Source: Candidatus Woesearchaeota archaeon (GTDB lineage: Archaea > Nanobdellota > Nanobdellia > Woesearchaeales > UBA11576). From it: a stretch of 64,000 nt of DNA. Positions 19,735-30,181 of this stretch are shown here, piece by piece; position 1 is the first letter of the stretch; every line of letters starts with the position of its first letter. The DNA is taken from the NCBI GenBank assembly GCA_018668595.1, contig JABJCP010000026.1, positions 323 to 64,322 of the forward strand, given 5' to 3'. The position numbers and the translations under genes were made by a program. Under the pieces are notes generated by a model. That model was not told the origin of the DNA. It did no database searches and worked only from the letters and a program-made list of their open reading frames with translations.

Positions 19735-20268
19735 ATGGTAAATATTAAAGGTCATGAGTTCAGTAAACTTACTATTCGCGATTCATATAATCGAAGAGCT
19801 TTACAGTATAAAAACAATATAATAAATTGTTTAAGAAGTCTTGGAATATCTGAAGATGATATAGAAATTGAATTAGAACCTGTTGCAATGCGAAAAGGAC
19901 AGGCTTCTGTTGCATGGTATGTGTGGAATGAACATTTATTTCTTAGTTATAATGGTTCTTCAAAATTTGTTGACAATATAGCAATGGTTGCACAAATCAT
20001 AAAGTATTTTATTAATCTTTTAGAAAAAAACGAAATAACTCAAGAAGAATTCTTAGAAATATTCATGGAGGAACCAGATATTCTTGAGCAAAGAAAAAAT
20101 GCAAGATCTGTTCTTTGTGTAGAAGAAGACTCACTAGATTTTGAAAAAATTCATGAAAATTACAAAAAGCTTTCGAAAAAATTTCATCCAGATATGCCTG
20201 AAGGTAATACTGAGAGATTTAAAAGAATAAACAAGGCCCATAAAATTCTAAAAAAAGAATTGCGTTGA
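19735..20268 (+). CDS. Protein with C-terminal J domain
   Basis: YKKLSKKFHPD...FKRINKAHKIL, with intact HPD. Confidence 0.85.
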   Translation: MVNIKGHEFSKLTIRDSYNRRALQYKNNIINCLRSLGISEDDIEIELEPVAMRKGQASVAWYVWNEHLFLSYNGSSKFVDNIAMVAQIIKYFINLLEKNEITQEEFLEIFMEEPDILEQRKNARSVLCVEEDSLDFEKIHENYKKLSKKFHPDMPEGNTERFKRINKAHKILKKELR

Positions 20269-20320
20269 ATATAATTTCAATGATCTAATTAAACTATTCT
20301 AAGAAAAAAAAGAAAAAAAA

Positions 20321-21685
20321 ATGAATAACATGGAACAAGAAATATTGTTTAAAAATTTGAATTTGAGTTCGCCAATAGAAAAAGCATTAATCAAACAAGG
20401 ATATACTATACCTACACCTATACAAGCAAAAGCAATACCTGGTTTATTAGACGGTAGAGATTTAATAGGTATTGCACAAACAGGAACTGGTAAAACTGCT
20501 GCATTTATATTGCCCATATTAAGCAAAATGACAGAGAACAATCCACGAAAAATTAAAACTTTAGTTATTACACCTACTCGAGAACTTGCTGCACAAATTG
20601 GAGAAAGTTTTAGAAAATATGGTGCATTTCTTAGATTTAGACATACTGTAATTTTTGGAGGCGTAGGTCAAGGATCTCAAGTTCAAGCATTAAATAAAGG
20701 AATCGACATTCTTGTTGCAACACCTGGTAGACTATTAGATTTAATGAATCAAAGAAAAATTTCTTTACGAGATGTAGAATTTTTTGTATTGGATGAAGCA
20801 GATAGAATGTTAGATATGGGATTTATTCATGATATCAAAAAAGTAATTGCAAAATTACCTTCTAAAAGACAATCTTTATTCTTTTCTGCAACAATGTCTT
20901 CTCAAATTAATAAACTTGCAACAACTCTACTTAAAGATCCAATTCATGTTGAAGTCACACCTCAAGCAACCACAGTCGAACTAATAAATCAACAACTATA
21001 TTTTGTTAATCAGACTTCAAAAGAACAATTATTACTCGAACTTTTAAAACAAAAGCATATCACTAGTGCTTTAATTTTTACTAGAACAAAACATCGAGCA
21101 AATAAAGTAGCAACATTTCTTAATAAAAATAATATCTTTGCTGATGCAATCCATGGAAATAAATCTCAAAATGCAAGAACTAAAGCAATTACTGATTTTA
21201 AAAAAGGTAAAGTCAAAGTATTAGTTGCAACAGATATTGCTGCTAGAGGAATTGATATAGATAATATTTCTCATGTTATAAATTTTGAACTTCCAAACGA
21301 GCCAGAAACTTATGTTCATAGAATTGGACGAACTGCTCGAGCAGGAGCAGATGGAACTGCCGTTTCATTTTGCGCAGCTGAAGAAAGAAGTTTTCTTAAT
21401 GATATTGAAAAATTAATAAAACAAAAAATTGAAGTTATAAATCATCAATATCACTCAGAACTAGCTAAAAATGCAGTAGGTGCAGCAGCTAAACCACCTC
21501 CAAAAGGTAAAAGATCATTTTCTAAAAAATCCAACTCTAGTAATAGATCAAAACCTAACTCTAAACATAAATCAGATTCTAAACCTAAATCAAATTCTAA
21601 AAATAGAAAACCATTTCCTAAAAAAGTTAAATCTCGCAAATCTAAACGCAAACCTCATAAATCTAAAAGAAACTCTAGAAGATAA
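20321..21685 (+). CDS. DEAD-box RNA helicase (RhlE-like) with Lys/Ser-rich tail
   Basis: Q motif [36 protein letters not shown] and [10 protein letters not shown]. Confidence 0.95.
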   Translation: MNNMEQEILFKNLNLSSPIEKALIKQGYTIPTPIQAKAIPGLLDGRDLIGIAQTGTGKTAAFILPILSKMTENNPRKIKTLVITPTRELAAQIGESFRKYGAFLRFRHTVIFGGVGQGSQVQALNKGIDILVATPGRLLDLMNQRKISLRDVEFFVLDEADRMLDMGFIHDIKKVIAKLPSKRQSLFFSATMSSQINKLATTLLKDPIHVEVTPQATTVELINQQLYFVNQTSKEQLLLELLKQKHITSALIFTRTKHRANKVATFLNKNNIFADAIHGNKSQNARTKAITDFKKGKVKVLVATDIAARGIDIDNISHVINFELPNEPETYVHRIGRTARAGADGTAVSFCAAEERSFLNDIEKLIKQKIEVINHQYHSELAKNAVGAAAKPPPKGKRSFSKKSNSSNRSKPNSKHKSDSKPKSNSKNRKPFPKKVKSRKSKRKPHKSKRNSRR

Positions 21686-21849
21686 TCAATTTCTAAAAAA
21701 AGAACTACGTTAACATATAAACCACTAAAAAACCCTTAATTTACCACATACATTTATAAATAGGTGCAAATAGCTTTAATATTACTTAATTAGTGTTAAT
21801 TAAGCAATATCACCAAATAATAACAAGTAAACTAATACAAGGTAAAACA

Positions 21850-23559
21850 ATGGAAGAATTTAGAAAATTAGGATTATCAGAAAAAACTATTAAAATTTTA
21901 GAGAAAAAAGGATACACACACCCAACAGCAATTCAAGCTAAAGCAATTCCACTACTTTTAGAAGGAAAAAAAGATGTGGTTGGTCAATCTCAAACAGGAA
22001 CTGGAAAAACAGCAGTTTTTGCACTCCCAATTATTGAAAAAATTGATGAACGAAGCAGAACTGTTCAAGCAATTATTCTTACACCAACAAGAGAATTAGC
22101 TATCCAAGTTGCAAAAGAAATAGATTCATTAAAAGGAGATAAAAAAATCAATATTCTGTGCGTATATGGGGGTTCTTCAATTAATGATCAAAGAGCAAAA
22201 CTAAAAAAAGGAATAGATATAGTAGTTGGAACTCCTGGACGAATAATGGATTTGCAAAGAAGAAACTCCTTAAAACTCGATAACATAAAATATGCAGTTT
22301 TAGACGAAGCTGATGAAATGCTTAACATGGGTTTTGTTGATGACATCAAAACAATTCTAGAAAATACTCCTGAAGAAAAAAAAATGCTTTTGTTTTCTGC
22401 AACAATGCCTAGACCAATTCTAAAAATTGCAAAAACATACATGAGAGATTATGAAATTTTTGAAGTTGAACAAGCTCAAATTATAACAGAAACTGTTGAA
22501 CAGATTTATTATGATATAAATGCAAAAGACAGACTAGAAGGAATTAAACGAATAGTTGATTTTTATATTGATTTTTATGGAATTATATTTTGCAACACAA
22601 AAGCCACAGTTGATACTTTAACCCAACAATTAACAAAGTTAAATTATCATGCAGCAGCACTCCATGGAGATATTACTCAAGGTCAAAGAGAAAAAATTCT
22701 CCAGCAATTCAGAAACAAACACATCAAAATTTTGGTTGCAACAGATGTTGCAGCGAGAGGAATCGACGTAAATGACTTAACACACGTTATTAATTATTCT
22801 TTACCTCAAAGTCCAGAATCTTATGTTCACCGAATTGGTCGTACAGGAAGAGCTGGAAAAAAAGGAATATCTATTACATTAGTAATTCCTTCTGAAAAGA
22901 GAACATTAAAATTTGTTGAAAAAATTAATAAGTGTACAATTTTAAAACAAAAACTTCCTTCAGCAAAGGAAATTATTAAACATAAAGAAGCTCAAATTAA
23001 AACAATTATTAAAAATATTATCGCGGCAAATTCAGGTAAATCAAAAACATCAAAATATAATTTAATGGCAGAAGAACTTTTACAAGAAAATAGTCCTGAA
23101 GAAGTTATTTCTGCAGTTCTCAAATATAATTTCAAAAATGAGCTAGATGCTAGTAATTATAAAGATCTTTCTGAATATAAACCTGCAAAAAGTTCTGGTT
23201 CGGATAGAGGGAGACCTAGACGAGGATCAGGTAGAGACAGATCAAGTAGAGATAGATCTAATGGAAGAGGAAGAGATAAATCCGATAGCAGATCAGGACG
23301 AGGAAGATCCAACGACAGATCAAGAGGAAGATCCAGCGATAGATCAGAAAGATCTAGCAGAAGTAGATCTAGTGATAAACCAAGATCTGAAAGAAAACGA
23401 TCTGATAGACCAAAGTCTACAGATTCAAGAAAAAGTTCAGATGGTCGAGGACGAAGTTCTGAAAAATCAAGATTTAGCAAAACACATAAAAGTTCTGATA
23501 GACGAGATAAACCAAGTAGTAGATCAGGACCTAGGTCTGATAAGCGAAGATCAAGATAA
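21850..23559 (+). CDS. DEAD-box RNA helicase (DeaD/CsdA-like) with long Arg-Ser-Asp tail
   Basis: All DEAD-box motifs present (PTAIQ, QTGTGKT, DEAD, SAT, HRIGRTGRAG). Start placed at ATG 21850. Confidence 0.95.
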   Translation: MEEFRKLGLSEKTIKILEKKGYTHPTAIQAKAIPLLLEGKKDVVGQSQTGTGKTAVFALPIIEKIDERSRTVQAIILTPTRELAIQVAKEIDSLKGDKKINILCVYGGSSINDQRAKLKKGIDIVVGTPGRIMDLQRRNSLKLDNIKYAVLDEADEMLNMGFVDDIKTILENTPEEKKMLLFSATMPRPILKIAKTYMRDYEIFEVEQAQIITETVEQIYYDINAKDRLEGIKRIVDFYIDFYGIIFCNTKATVDTLTQQLTKLNYHAAALHGDITQGQREKILQQFRNKHIKILVATDVAARGIDVNDLTHVINYSLPQSPESYVHRIGRTGRAGKKGISITLVIPSEKRTLKFVEKINKCTILKQKLPSAKEIIKHKEAQIKTIIKNIIAANSGKSKTSKYNLMAEELLQENSPEEVISAVLKYNFKNELDASNYKDLSEYKPAKSSGSDRGRPRRGSGRDRSSRDRSNGRGRDKSDSRSGRGRSNDRSRGRSSDRSERSSRSRSSDKPRSERKRSDRPKSTDSRKSSDGRGRSSEKSRFSKTHKSSDRRDKPSSRSGPRSDKRRSR

Positions 23560-23719
23560 ATCTAATATACGGGATATTCCAAAAAACTAATATAATTAGT
23601 ATTCAAAAGTTCTTTAAAAAATTGCCAAGAAATAGATGTGCGCCCAACACAAATTAAAGTTTGATTTCTCATCATTCTCAACAACAACTTATTTAAACCA
23701 CCCCCATTTTTAAGCAAAT

Positions 23720-24703
23720 ATGAACTTCCAAGATCTAGTAAAAGTTGAACGAGCAGATTGGTTTATAGATATAGCGTTTAAAACAGCAGGTAAAGTTAGC
23801 GACGATAAGAGATCTGATGTTACAAAAACCAAAGCAAGTAAGCTTAGTAAAAGTAGAACTTTAGAATTAATGAAAATTACAACCATTCAAAAAGTTTTAA
23901 TTAAACATCTTAAAAATATAGTGGAAAAATTCCCTTCAATTGATGAACTACCTGACTTTTATCAAGAATTAATAAATTGCACTTTAGATAAAGATGAATT
24001 AAAAAAAAGTTTAGGAGGAGTTAGTTGGGCAATAACAAGAATAGGATTATTTTCTAAAAAATACTCTGGAAAAATTAAAGCAGGAAGAGAAATTATTACA
24101 ATCAATAGTCAAAGAAAAGAATATTATGGTAGAATTTGTTCTGTTCTAAAGCAAATTGATAAATTTCTCGTCGTTATTGAAAAAAGCAGAAGAATTATGA
24201 AAAGTTATCCTTCGATTAAAACAAATATTCCCACAATTGCAATTTTTGGTTTTCCCAATATTGGAAAGACAACTCTTCTTTCTAAACTCACAGGTTCAAC
24301 ACCAGATATTCAACCTTATGCATTTACAACCAAAGGACTAAATATTGGTTACATAAAAAAAAGTTATAAAAAACTTCAAGTCATAGACACTCCAGGTTCA
24401 TTAGATAGATTTGATAAACTTAACAATATTGAAAAACAAGCATATCTTGCATTAAAGCATTGCGCTCAAAAAGTAATTTATGTTTTTGATTTAACAGAAC
24501 CATTTCCAATAGAAGATCAACTCGAATTATTTAAAAAATTAAAAAAGCAGCTAGCAAAAGAACAAGAAATTGTTGTTTATTTCAGCAAATCAGACATACT
24601 TGATAAACAAATAATTACTGAATTCATAAAGAATAGTAAACTCTCAAATGCCTATTTTAATGCAGAATTACTGTTAGATAAGCTAAAACACATTTATTTA
24701 TAA
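23720..24703 (+). CDS. NOG1-family GTP-binding protein
   Basis: FP.IDELPDFYQEL, G1 GFPNIGKTT, G2 YAFTTK, G3 DTPG and G4-like SKSD. Confidence 0.9.
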   Translation: MNFQDLVKVERADWFIDIAFKTAGKVSDDKRSDVTKTKASKLSKSRTLELMKITTIQKVLIKHLKNIVEKFPSIDELPDFYQELINCTLDKDELKKSLGGVSWAITRIGLFSKKYSGKIKAGREIITINSQRKEYYGRICSVLKQIDKFLVVIEKSRRIMKSYPSIKTNIPTIAIFGFPNIGKTTLLSKLTGSTPDIQPYAFTTKGLNIGYIKKSYKKLQVIDTPGSLDRFDKLNNIEKQAYLALKHCAQKVIYVFDLTEPFPIEDQLELFKKLKKQLAKEQEIVVYFSKSDILDKQIITEFIKNSKLSNAYFNAELLLDKLKHIYL

Positions 24704-24937
24704 CTAAAATGTACAACTAAATTGAATAATAAATACAAAAGATTTCTCACTAATTAATAGTAAACTTTATAAAGAGTAGTTGTATAACTAACATATATAA
24801 TTATTAAAAGAGGTCATATACGTAAAAACTAATAAATCAAAACGTATATATGTATATTTTAGTAAAGCATAATATTAGTTATTATTAATTGAGATCAGGA
24901 AACTAACAGCTTAACAACTAGTTAGAATATCAAAAAA

Positions 24938-27100
24938 ATGTCTTCAGCAGAGAGAATTTTCAATTTAACAGATCTTTTGCTAGATGACATTATGCCACGG
25001 CCCAAACAATCTTCATCAAATATTCTAAATTTCCTAGGAAATTTGGTGTCTCAACCAAATAGTATTAGTACAACCAGCCCTACAAGCTCTAAGCTAAAAA
25101 ATAACTCAAAAGATAACGGATCATCTAATGAAAAATTAAATGTTTTAATTTATGATCCTGAAATTCTACTAAATCCTCAAGTATATTTAGAAACCAACTC
25201 AGAGTTTAACCTAAGCATTCCAAAATCATTTGAAGAAATAATAAATGAATTAAAAAAAACAACTCAACCCGATTTATTATTAACATCCCTACCTAATTCT
25301 AAAGCAATTACAGATCTTAGACGAATAAATCATTATGATCCATTATTCCCTATAATTTTAATGGTTAATGAGTTTGATGACAAAAAATTTAGCAACAAAG
25401 AATTAAAAGATATTGAATCATACGCGCCATCTCAAATAATTATTCCAGATATTCTAAAAGATAAAGATCACAAGAACTTCCAAGAAAGTACACAAGACTT
25501 TGTAATTGATGTTAAAAGAAATTATTTCTTAAGATTGACAGATATTCAATTAGATATGCAAAAACAAAGTAGACTTGAAAAAACTATTGAAGCTACCTGG
25601 TTTAACTTAATAAGATATGAAGACGAAAAAGACAATCCTCAGTTTAAAAGATCTTCAATGGAACGAAGAGCAAAAGCATTTGAGTACACAAATTACATTT
25701 ATGCAGTTAGACAAAAAAGCAATCCAGGACATGACATACTTTACAAAGTTCTCGACGAAGGATCCACAGAAGGAGGAGTAGGAAAAATTAGTTTAACTCT
25801 TGATGGACGAACATATGATCGAGAATGGACTCATTTTATAATTAAAAAATTAAGTAAAGAACGAGCAAGAAATGCAAAACGAGATTCAGACTATTTTAGT
25901 AAAACTGTTCCTGAATTAAAAATTGAAAAAATTAAACCAGATCTTTATACAGACGAAATTGATCGAGCGTATTTATGGAAAGAATTAGTTCCAGGTCCTG
26001 ATCTTAATAATATTTTAATTTGGATTAATGAAGAAACAGATCCAGATAAAAAAAAATTAGGAAATCAATTAAAAAAAGAATGTTATGATTTTGTCAAAGA
26101 TGCAGTCATTACTTGGCAAAAAAAAGCACAGCACATTCACAAATACAATAATCCAAAAACAGTTATTGACGCTTATAGATCTAATTTAATTCAAATTCTA
26201 GACGATTTTGAAAATTATACAGATATTAAATTTTCAACAAAGGAAAAATCATTATACCAAGAATGTGTCGAGGATTTACCTTTTGAAGAATTTATCACCC
26301 AAGATACTATAAAAAGAAATGCAGCAGCATCATTTAGAAATTACATATTAAAAATGAATGCAAAAAGTAGAGATGGTAAAGTAAAATCATTATCTGAAGT
26401 TTTAGAACAAATTACTAAAAATGGAAATATAGATAAAAACGCATTTAGAGATAAACTTATTTTAATTGATACACACATGAAATATTCATTTATTCTTGAA
26501 GACTGTTTTGAAATTGCAGATCACTATGAAGGTAAAATAGAAAAAAGGTTTAGAAAAGGTTTAATAAATTCAGTTAAAAACTCATATCCGGACGTAACAA
26601 ATTTACTAACAAAAGGAGAAAATATAATTAGGTTCTATCGAGCAATAAGAAAAACTCATTTTTTTACTAAAACATATGGATCAAGAAATTTCTTCAAATA
26701 TGAAAAAGGATTTAGAGATAAACAAACATTTGAAGAAAGATCTGATATTCACAAAGAAAACATAAAACATTATTTGAGTACTGCAATCAGCGCCATATAT
26801 CAAGAAATAAACGCGATTAGTTCTAAGCAGGATATTGATAAATGCGAGTTAGAAATAAAACACGGATTATATGCAAAGCAACCGCAAATAACTACAGATA
26901 GACTGACTAAAAAGTATAAACAAAGTATTTCAAAATTAGAAAAAGTGATTAAAAGACAACCGCGCAATAAAAAAGCCATTGCTAAAAAAAGAATAATACA
27001 ACTAAGTTATTTAGCCAACACATATCGAAAATTAATAAAATTTAGCGAGTTTGATTATACTATTGATCAAGCTAAAGAAAATATAGAGTTCTTTGATTAA
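24938..27100 (+). CDS. Large hypothetical protein: receiver-like N-terminal segment plus kinase-like (phosphotransferase) segment
   Basis: LNVLIYDP...PDLLLTSL...FPIILM resembles a receiver fold. EGGVGKI / IIKK / KELVPGPDL and later LILIDT resemble a kinase-like fold. No canonical HRD motif seen. Confidence 0.5.
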   Translation: MSSAERIFNLTDLLLDDIMPRPKQSSSNILNFLGNLVSQPNSISTTSPTSSKLKNNSKDNGSSNEKLNVLIYDPEILLNPQVYLETNSEFNLSIPKSFEEIINELKKTTQPDLLLTSLPNSKAITDLRRINHYDPLFPIILMVNEFDDKKFSNKELKDIESYAPSQIIIPDILKDKDHKNFQESTQDFVIDVKRNYFLRLTDIQLDMQKQSRLEKTIEATWFNLIRYEDEKDNPQFKRSSMERRAKAFEYTNYIYAVRQKSNPGHDILYKVLDEGSTEGGVGKISLTLDGRTYDREWTHFIIKKLSKERARNAKRDSDYFSKTVPELKIEKIKPDLYTDEIDRAYLWKELVPGPDLNNILIWINEETDPDKKKLGNQLKKECYDFVKDAVITWQKKAQHIHKYNNPKTVIDAYRSNLIQILDDFENYTDIKFSTKEKSLYQECVEDLPFEEFITQDTIKRNAAASFRNYILKMNAKSRDGKVKSLSEVLEQITKNGNIDKNAFRDKLILIDTHMKYSFILEDCFEIADHYEGKIEKRFRKGLINSVKNSYPDVTNLLTKGENIIRFYRAIRKTHFFTKTYGSRNFFKYEKGFRDKQTFEERSDIHKENIKHYLSTAISAIYQEINAISSKQDIDKCELEIKHGLYAKQPQITTDRLTKKYKQSISKLEKVIKRQPRNKKAIAKKRIIQLSYLANTYRKLIKFSEFDYTIDQAKENIEFFD

Positions 27101-27112
27101 AAAAAAAAAAAA

Positions 27113-28084
27113 ATGACAGAAAATAACCTGCCCGAATTTGTAAAAGCAAACTTACATGTCCATACAAATATTAGTGATGGTAGTCAGACTCTTAATGAAT
27201 ACATATTAGAATCATTAATGTCTAGAATGGAATACATAGCACCAGTAGATCACGACACTTGTGATTCTTGGCTAAATCTCACTGAAAGTGCAGGTCCAAT
27301 TTTTGAAATTAAAAAAAATAAAGGCTTTGTTAAAATTACTGCACTAGGAAATCTTAATCAAGAAATTAGAACTGAAAAAAATAGTCTTGAAGTCTTGCAC
27401 GGCATTGAACTTACAACTCTTCTTGATGGTAAAAAAATACACTTAGTAGGATTAGGAATTGATGAACCAGCTGAAAATATTTTAATACGACTAAACAGCA
27501 TTAACTCTACAAGAGAAGTTAGACTAAAAGAATTAGTTTCAGAAATTAATTATAGAACTGATGAAATTTATGCAGGACTTTATTTAGATTGGCCTGAAGT
27601 TAAGGCAGTAATGGGTCCTAGCAAAAGTCCCAGTAGACTCCATGTAGGAATCGCATTACAAATTAAATATCCATTTTTATTTAAAACTCCAAGAGCTGCC
27701 ATGAGTGCTTGTGTAAATCACAACTTAGAAAGTTATGCATTTGGCGGAGATAAATTTTATTCTGCTAGAGACGGAATTAATCTTATAGAAAAAACTCTTC
27801 ATGGAATTGCAATTATTCCCCATCCAGATAGAATTTTTGAAAATGGAGAAATAGGAAACCCCCATGACGTTATAAGAAAATTAGTAGAATATGGAGTATC
27901 AGGAATTGAAATTCAAAATCCTGAGTTTGAATATTGTTTAGAAGAATACCACTTACTTGCATCTATTGGCAGTGATTCACATGGCAAGTTCGATGGGCCT
28001 GGAAGAGCTAAAATGAGATATACAACAAAACTTGAAAGATCTCAATTAGAAAAAATAAAAGATAAAATTAATTCTAAAAAATAA
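27113..28084 (+). CDS. PHP-domain metal-dependent phosphoesterase (TrpH-like)
   Basis: NLHVHTNISDG, DHD, GIELTT, IHLVG, RLH, IPHP and GSDSHG. Confidence 0.9.
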   Translation: MTENNLPEFVKANLHVHTNISDGSQTLNEYILESLMSRMEYIAPVDHDTCDSWLNLTESAGPIFEIKKNKGFVKITALGNLNQEIRTEKNSLEVLHGIELTTLLDGKKIHLVGLGIDEPAENILIRLNSINSTREVRLKELVSEINYRTDEIYAGLYLDWPEVKAVMGPSKSPSRLHVGIALQIKYPFLFKTPRAAMSACVNHNLESYAFGGDKFYSARDGINLIEKTLHGIAIIPHPDRIFENGEIGNPHDVIRKLVEYGVSGIEIQNPEFEYCLEEYHLLASIGSDSHGKFDGPGRAKMRYTTKLERSQLEKIKDKINSKK

Positions 28085-28106
28085 AAATAATAACAAAAAC
28101 ATAAAG

Positions 28107-28287
28107 CATTACTGCCTTGGCACATTAATTTGAACATGTAAATGTTCAATTATTTCAAAGCAAAGCTTTGATGATTTCAGCAACGAGTGAAACGAGTTGT
28201 TGAGTTATTGCAGAAAATGGGCTGATTCATGCAAGGCCATTTTCGAGAAGTAAAATTCATAGAATTTTATGAACTGCCGCAGTAATG
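28107..28287. repeat. ~180-bp dispersed multi-hairpin element, copy 1
   Basis: Ends CATTACTGC...GCAGTAATG with five internal hairpins. A second left end follows at 28297-28314. Homologous to 51312-51491 and 57627-57805. Confidence 0.9.
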
Positions 28288-28337
28288 AAAATAAAGCATT
28301 ACTGCCTTGGCATAATACACCACAATACAAAAAATTC

Positions 28338-29267
28338 TCACAACTTATAAATTAATATTGGACCAACAAGATTGAATATTTTTTGCATGATTACCAAAAG
28401 ATGGTGTACAACTTTCAGTTCTCGTTTATCTGTAACTCCTTCAAATAAAGTGTGTGCTTTTTTTACAAATTGCTTTCTAGTATTTCCAATTTTAACTAAT
28501 TTAGCTTTATCAAACTTATAAAAAATCTCATAAAATGTTCGCATTAATTTTCCTGTTTCTTCATATAGTTTAATAATTGAATTATTAAGAGGTTCTTGAT
28601 TTTCATGTTGAGATAAATAATTTAACATATATTTATATTCATCAGCAAGGTTTTCTAAATCTTCAACCACATAATAAATAGGTCCTGTTTTACCATATTC
28701 TTTATGCCCTTTTTTATTTAGAAATCTTCGACAAGAAGTTGTAAATCTATTATTTGCTTCTTCTAAAAATGCAATATTCTTAAGTCGAGAAAACTCTCCT
28801 TTTTTTAGAGCAGATAGACTTTCATCAGCCATAGACATAAGTAAAAGTAGTGTTCGTCTAAGAACAGGATCAAAATCTTCAAACTCTCCTGAAACATGTT
28901 TAATTTTACAGTGGTTTTCTCCCTGATCAATAATTTCATAACCTACTGCTTCCTTCCCTATTGCTTTTTGTACAGATTCTATTAAACTAGGATCTTTAAA
29001 TCTAACTTTAATTTCGTCAACACCTTTTTTGTAAAGTGCAATAATACATCGCAGCACCATAGGATCTAAATTAGTAATATCCAATTCACTTTTGATAACT
29101 TGATTTTCTGCATTTGTTGAAATAAGAATTGTATCGTTTTGTTCTTGCACATCTACTTCATCACCTTTAGTAACACCATACTTAACTGCCCATTTTTTTG
29201 GCAATGATACTAAAAAAGAACTACCTGCAATTTGAATTACTTTTCGTTTAATTTTTATTACCCCCAA
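28338..29267 (-). CDS. AbrB/SpoVT-PhoU phosphate-uptake regulator family protein
   Basis: KRKVIQIAGSSFLVSLPKKWA..GD.V is the AbrB domain, followed by PhoU-like helical repeats (LENLAD). Confidence 0.85.
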   Translation of the reverse strand: MGVIKIKRKVIQIAGSSFLVSLPKKWAVKYGVTKGDEVDVQEQNDTILISTNAENQVIKSELDITNLDPMVLRCIIALYKKGVDEIKVRFKDPSLIESVQKAIGKEAVGYEIIDQGENHCKIKHVSGEFEDFDPVLRRTLLLLMSMADESLSALKKGEFSRLKNIAFLEEANNRFTTSCRRFLNKKGHKEYGKTGPIYYVVEDLENLADEYKYMLNYLSQHENQEPLNNSIIKLYEETGKLMRTFYEIFYKFDKAKLVKIGNTRKQFVKKAHTLFEGVTDKRELKVVHHLLVIMQKIFNLVGPILIYKL

Positions 29268-29272
29268 AATAC

Positions 29273-29340
29273 TGACACATATAATAATTTATTGACACAC
29301 ATAATAATTAATGCCAAATTAATATCACACATATCTAATT
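29273..29340. promoter_or_regulatory. Direct repeats upstream of the PhoU-family regulator
   Basis: TGACACATATAATAATT (29273-29289), TGACACACATAATAATT (29293-29309) and a degenerate third copy (29325-29340). Confidence 0.4.
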
Positions 29341-29992
29341 AACACCCTATATACCTACATAATATTCAATATAGTCTTTAAACTAACTCTTAAAAATTAT
29401 ATACATTATAAATAGCCCCTTTTAATGCTTTAAATAACCTAGTCATATATAAATTTTTCTGAAATATTTATAAAATTTATAAATCTGCCTTTTTTTATAA
29501 AATATATAGTTAAATATAAATATAGCAAGCCCTTTTTAGATAATATTACGGAAAAATGAGTTAAAAAATCATCAAAAAACAGTGATACAGTGTTGAGGGG
29601 CTTCACTTAATTAAAACTAATTAAAATGAATTTCAAAATACTAAAGCATAAACCAAGTATTATTGATGAAATTGAAGATGATCTGCTAAAAAATAACATT
29701 TCGACTGAAAAAGCTCCAAAAACAAATCAAAAAAAAATTTTAGAATCAATAATGTTTAGACAATCATAAAAAATCGTCACATACGAATTTTTAGGATGCC
29801 AAAAATTTCACCATAAATTATAGGACTTTAAACCCAACACAAAAATTCCTATTGAAATTTTTGTGCATAACAAAATCAATATCACTATCAAAAAATCGCA
29901 CACACACGAGTATATATCGCAAAAAAAAGACGTATGACAAAAGAGAGGTAAAGACATCTAATGTTATGCTCTTCCTAAAAGATCTCAACACA

Positions 29993-30038
29993 GGATGCGG
30001 TGGCCTTCTCGCCCTTCTTCTGATTGGCCACCTCATCC
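29993..30038. other. GC-rich intergenic stem-loop
   Basis: GGATGCGGTGGCC-(20 nt)-GGCCACCTCATCC: 13-bp stem with one mismatch in an otherwise very AT-rich spacer. Confidence 0.55.
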
Positions 30039-30181
30039 GCTATATTCCTTAGCTTAAGCAATATTCTAATTAACCAAATTTAACTAAAAAATAAATAAGA
30101 ATAATAATAGTAATAATAACAAATTCGTTTTAGTAAATAGAAAAAATTAAATCAAGAAAGAAAAAAAACAAAATTAATAAT

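Noticed and set aside
21451-23590. ORFs 21451..21651, 21480..21713, 22188..22442, 23147..23590 and 23157..23480
   Set aside because: Shadows of the DEAD-box genes, produced by low-complexity tails that lack stops in other frames.
29818-30052. Small ORFs on both strands across the GC-rich hairpin
   Set aside because: They overlap each other, have no recognisable motif, and their unusual composition is explained by the stem-loop.
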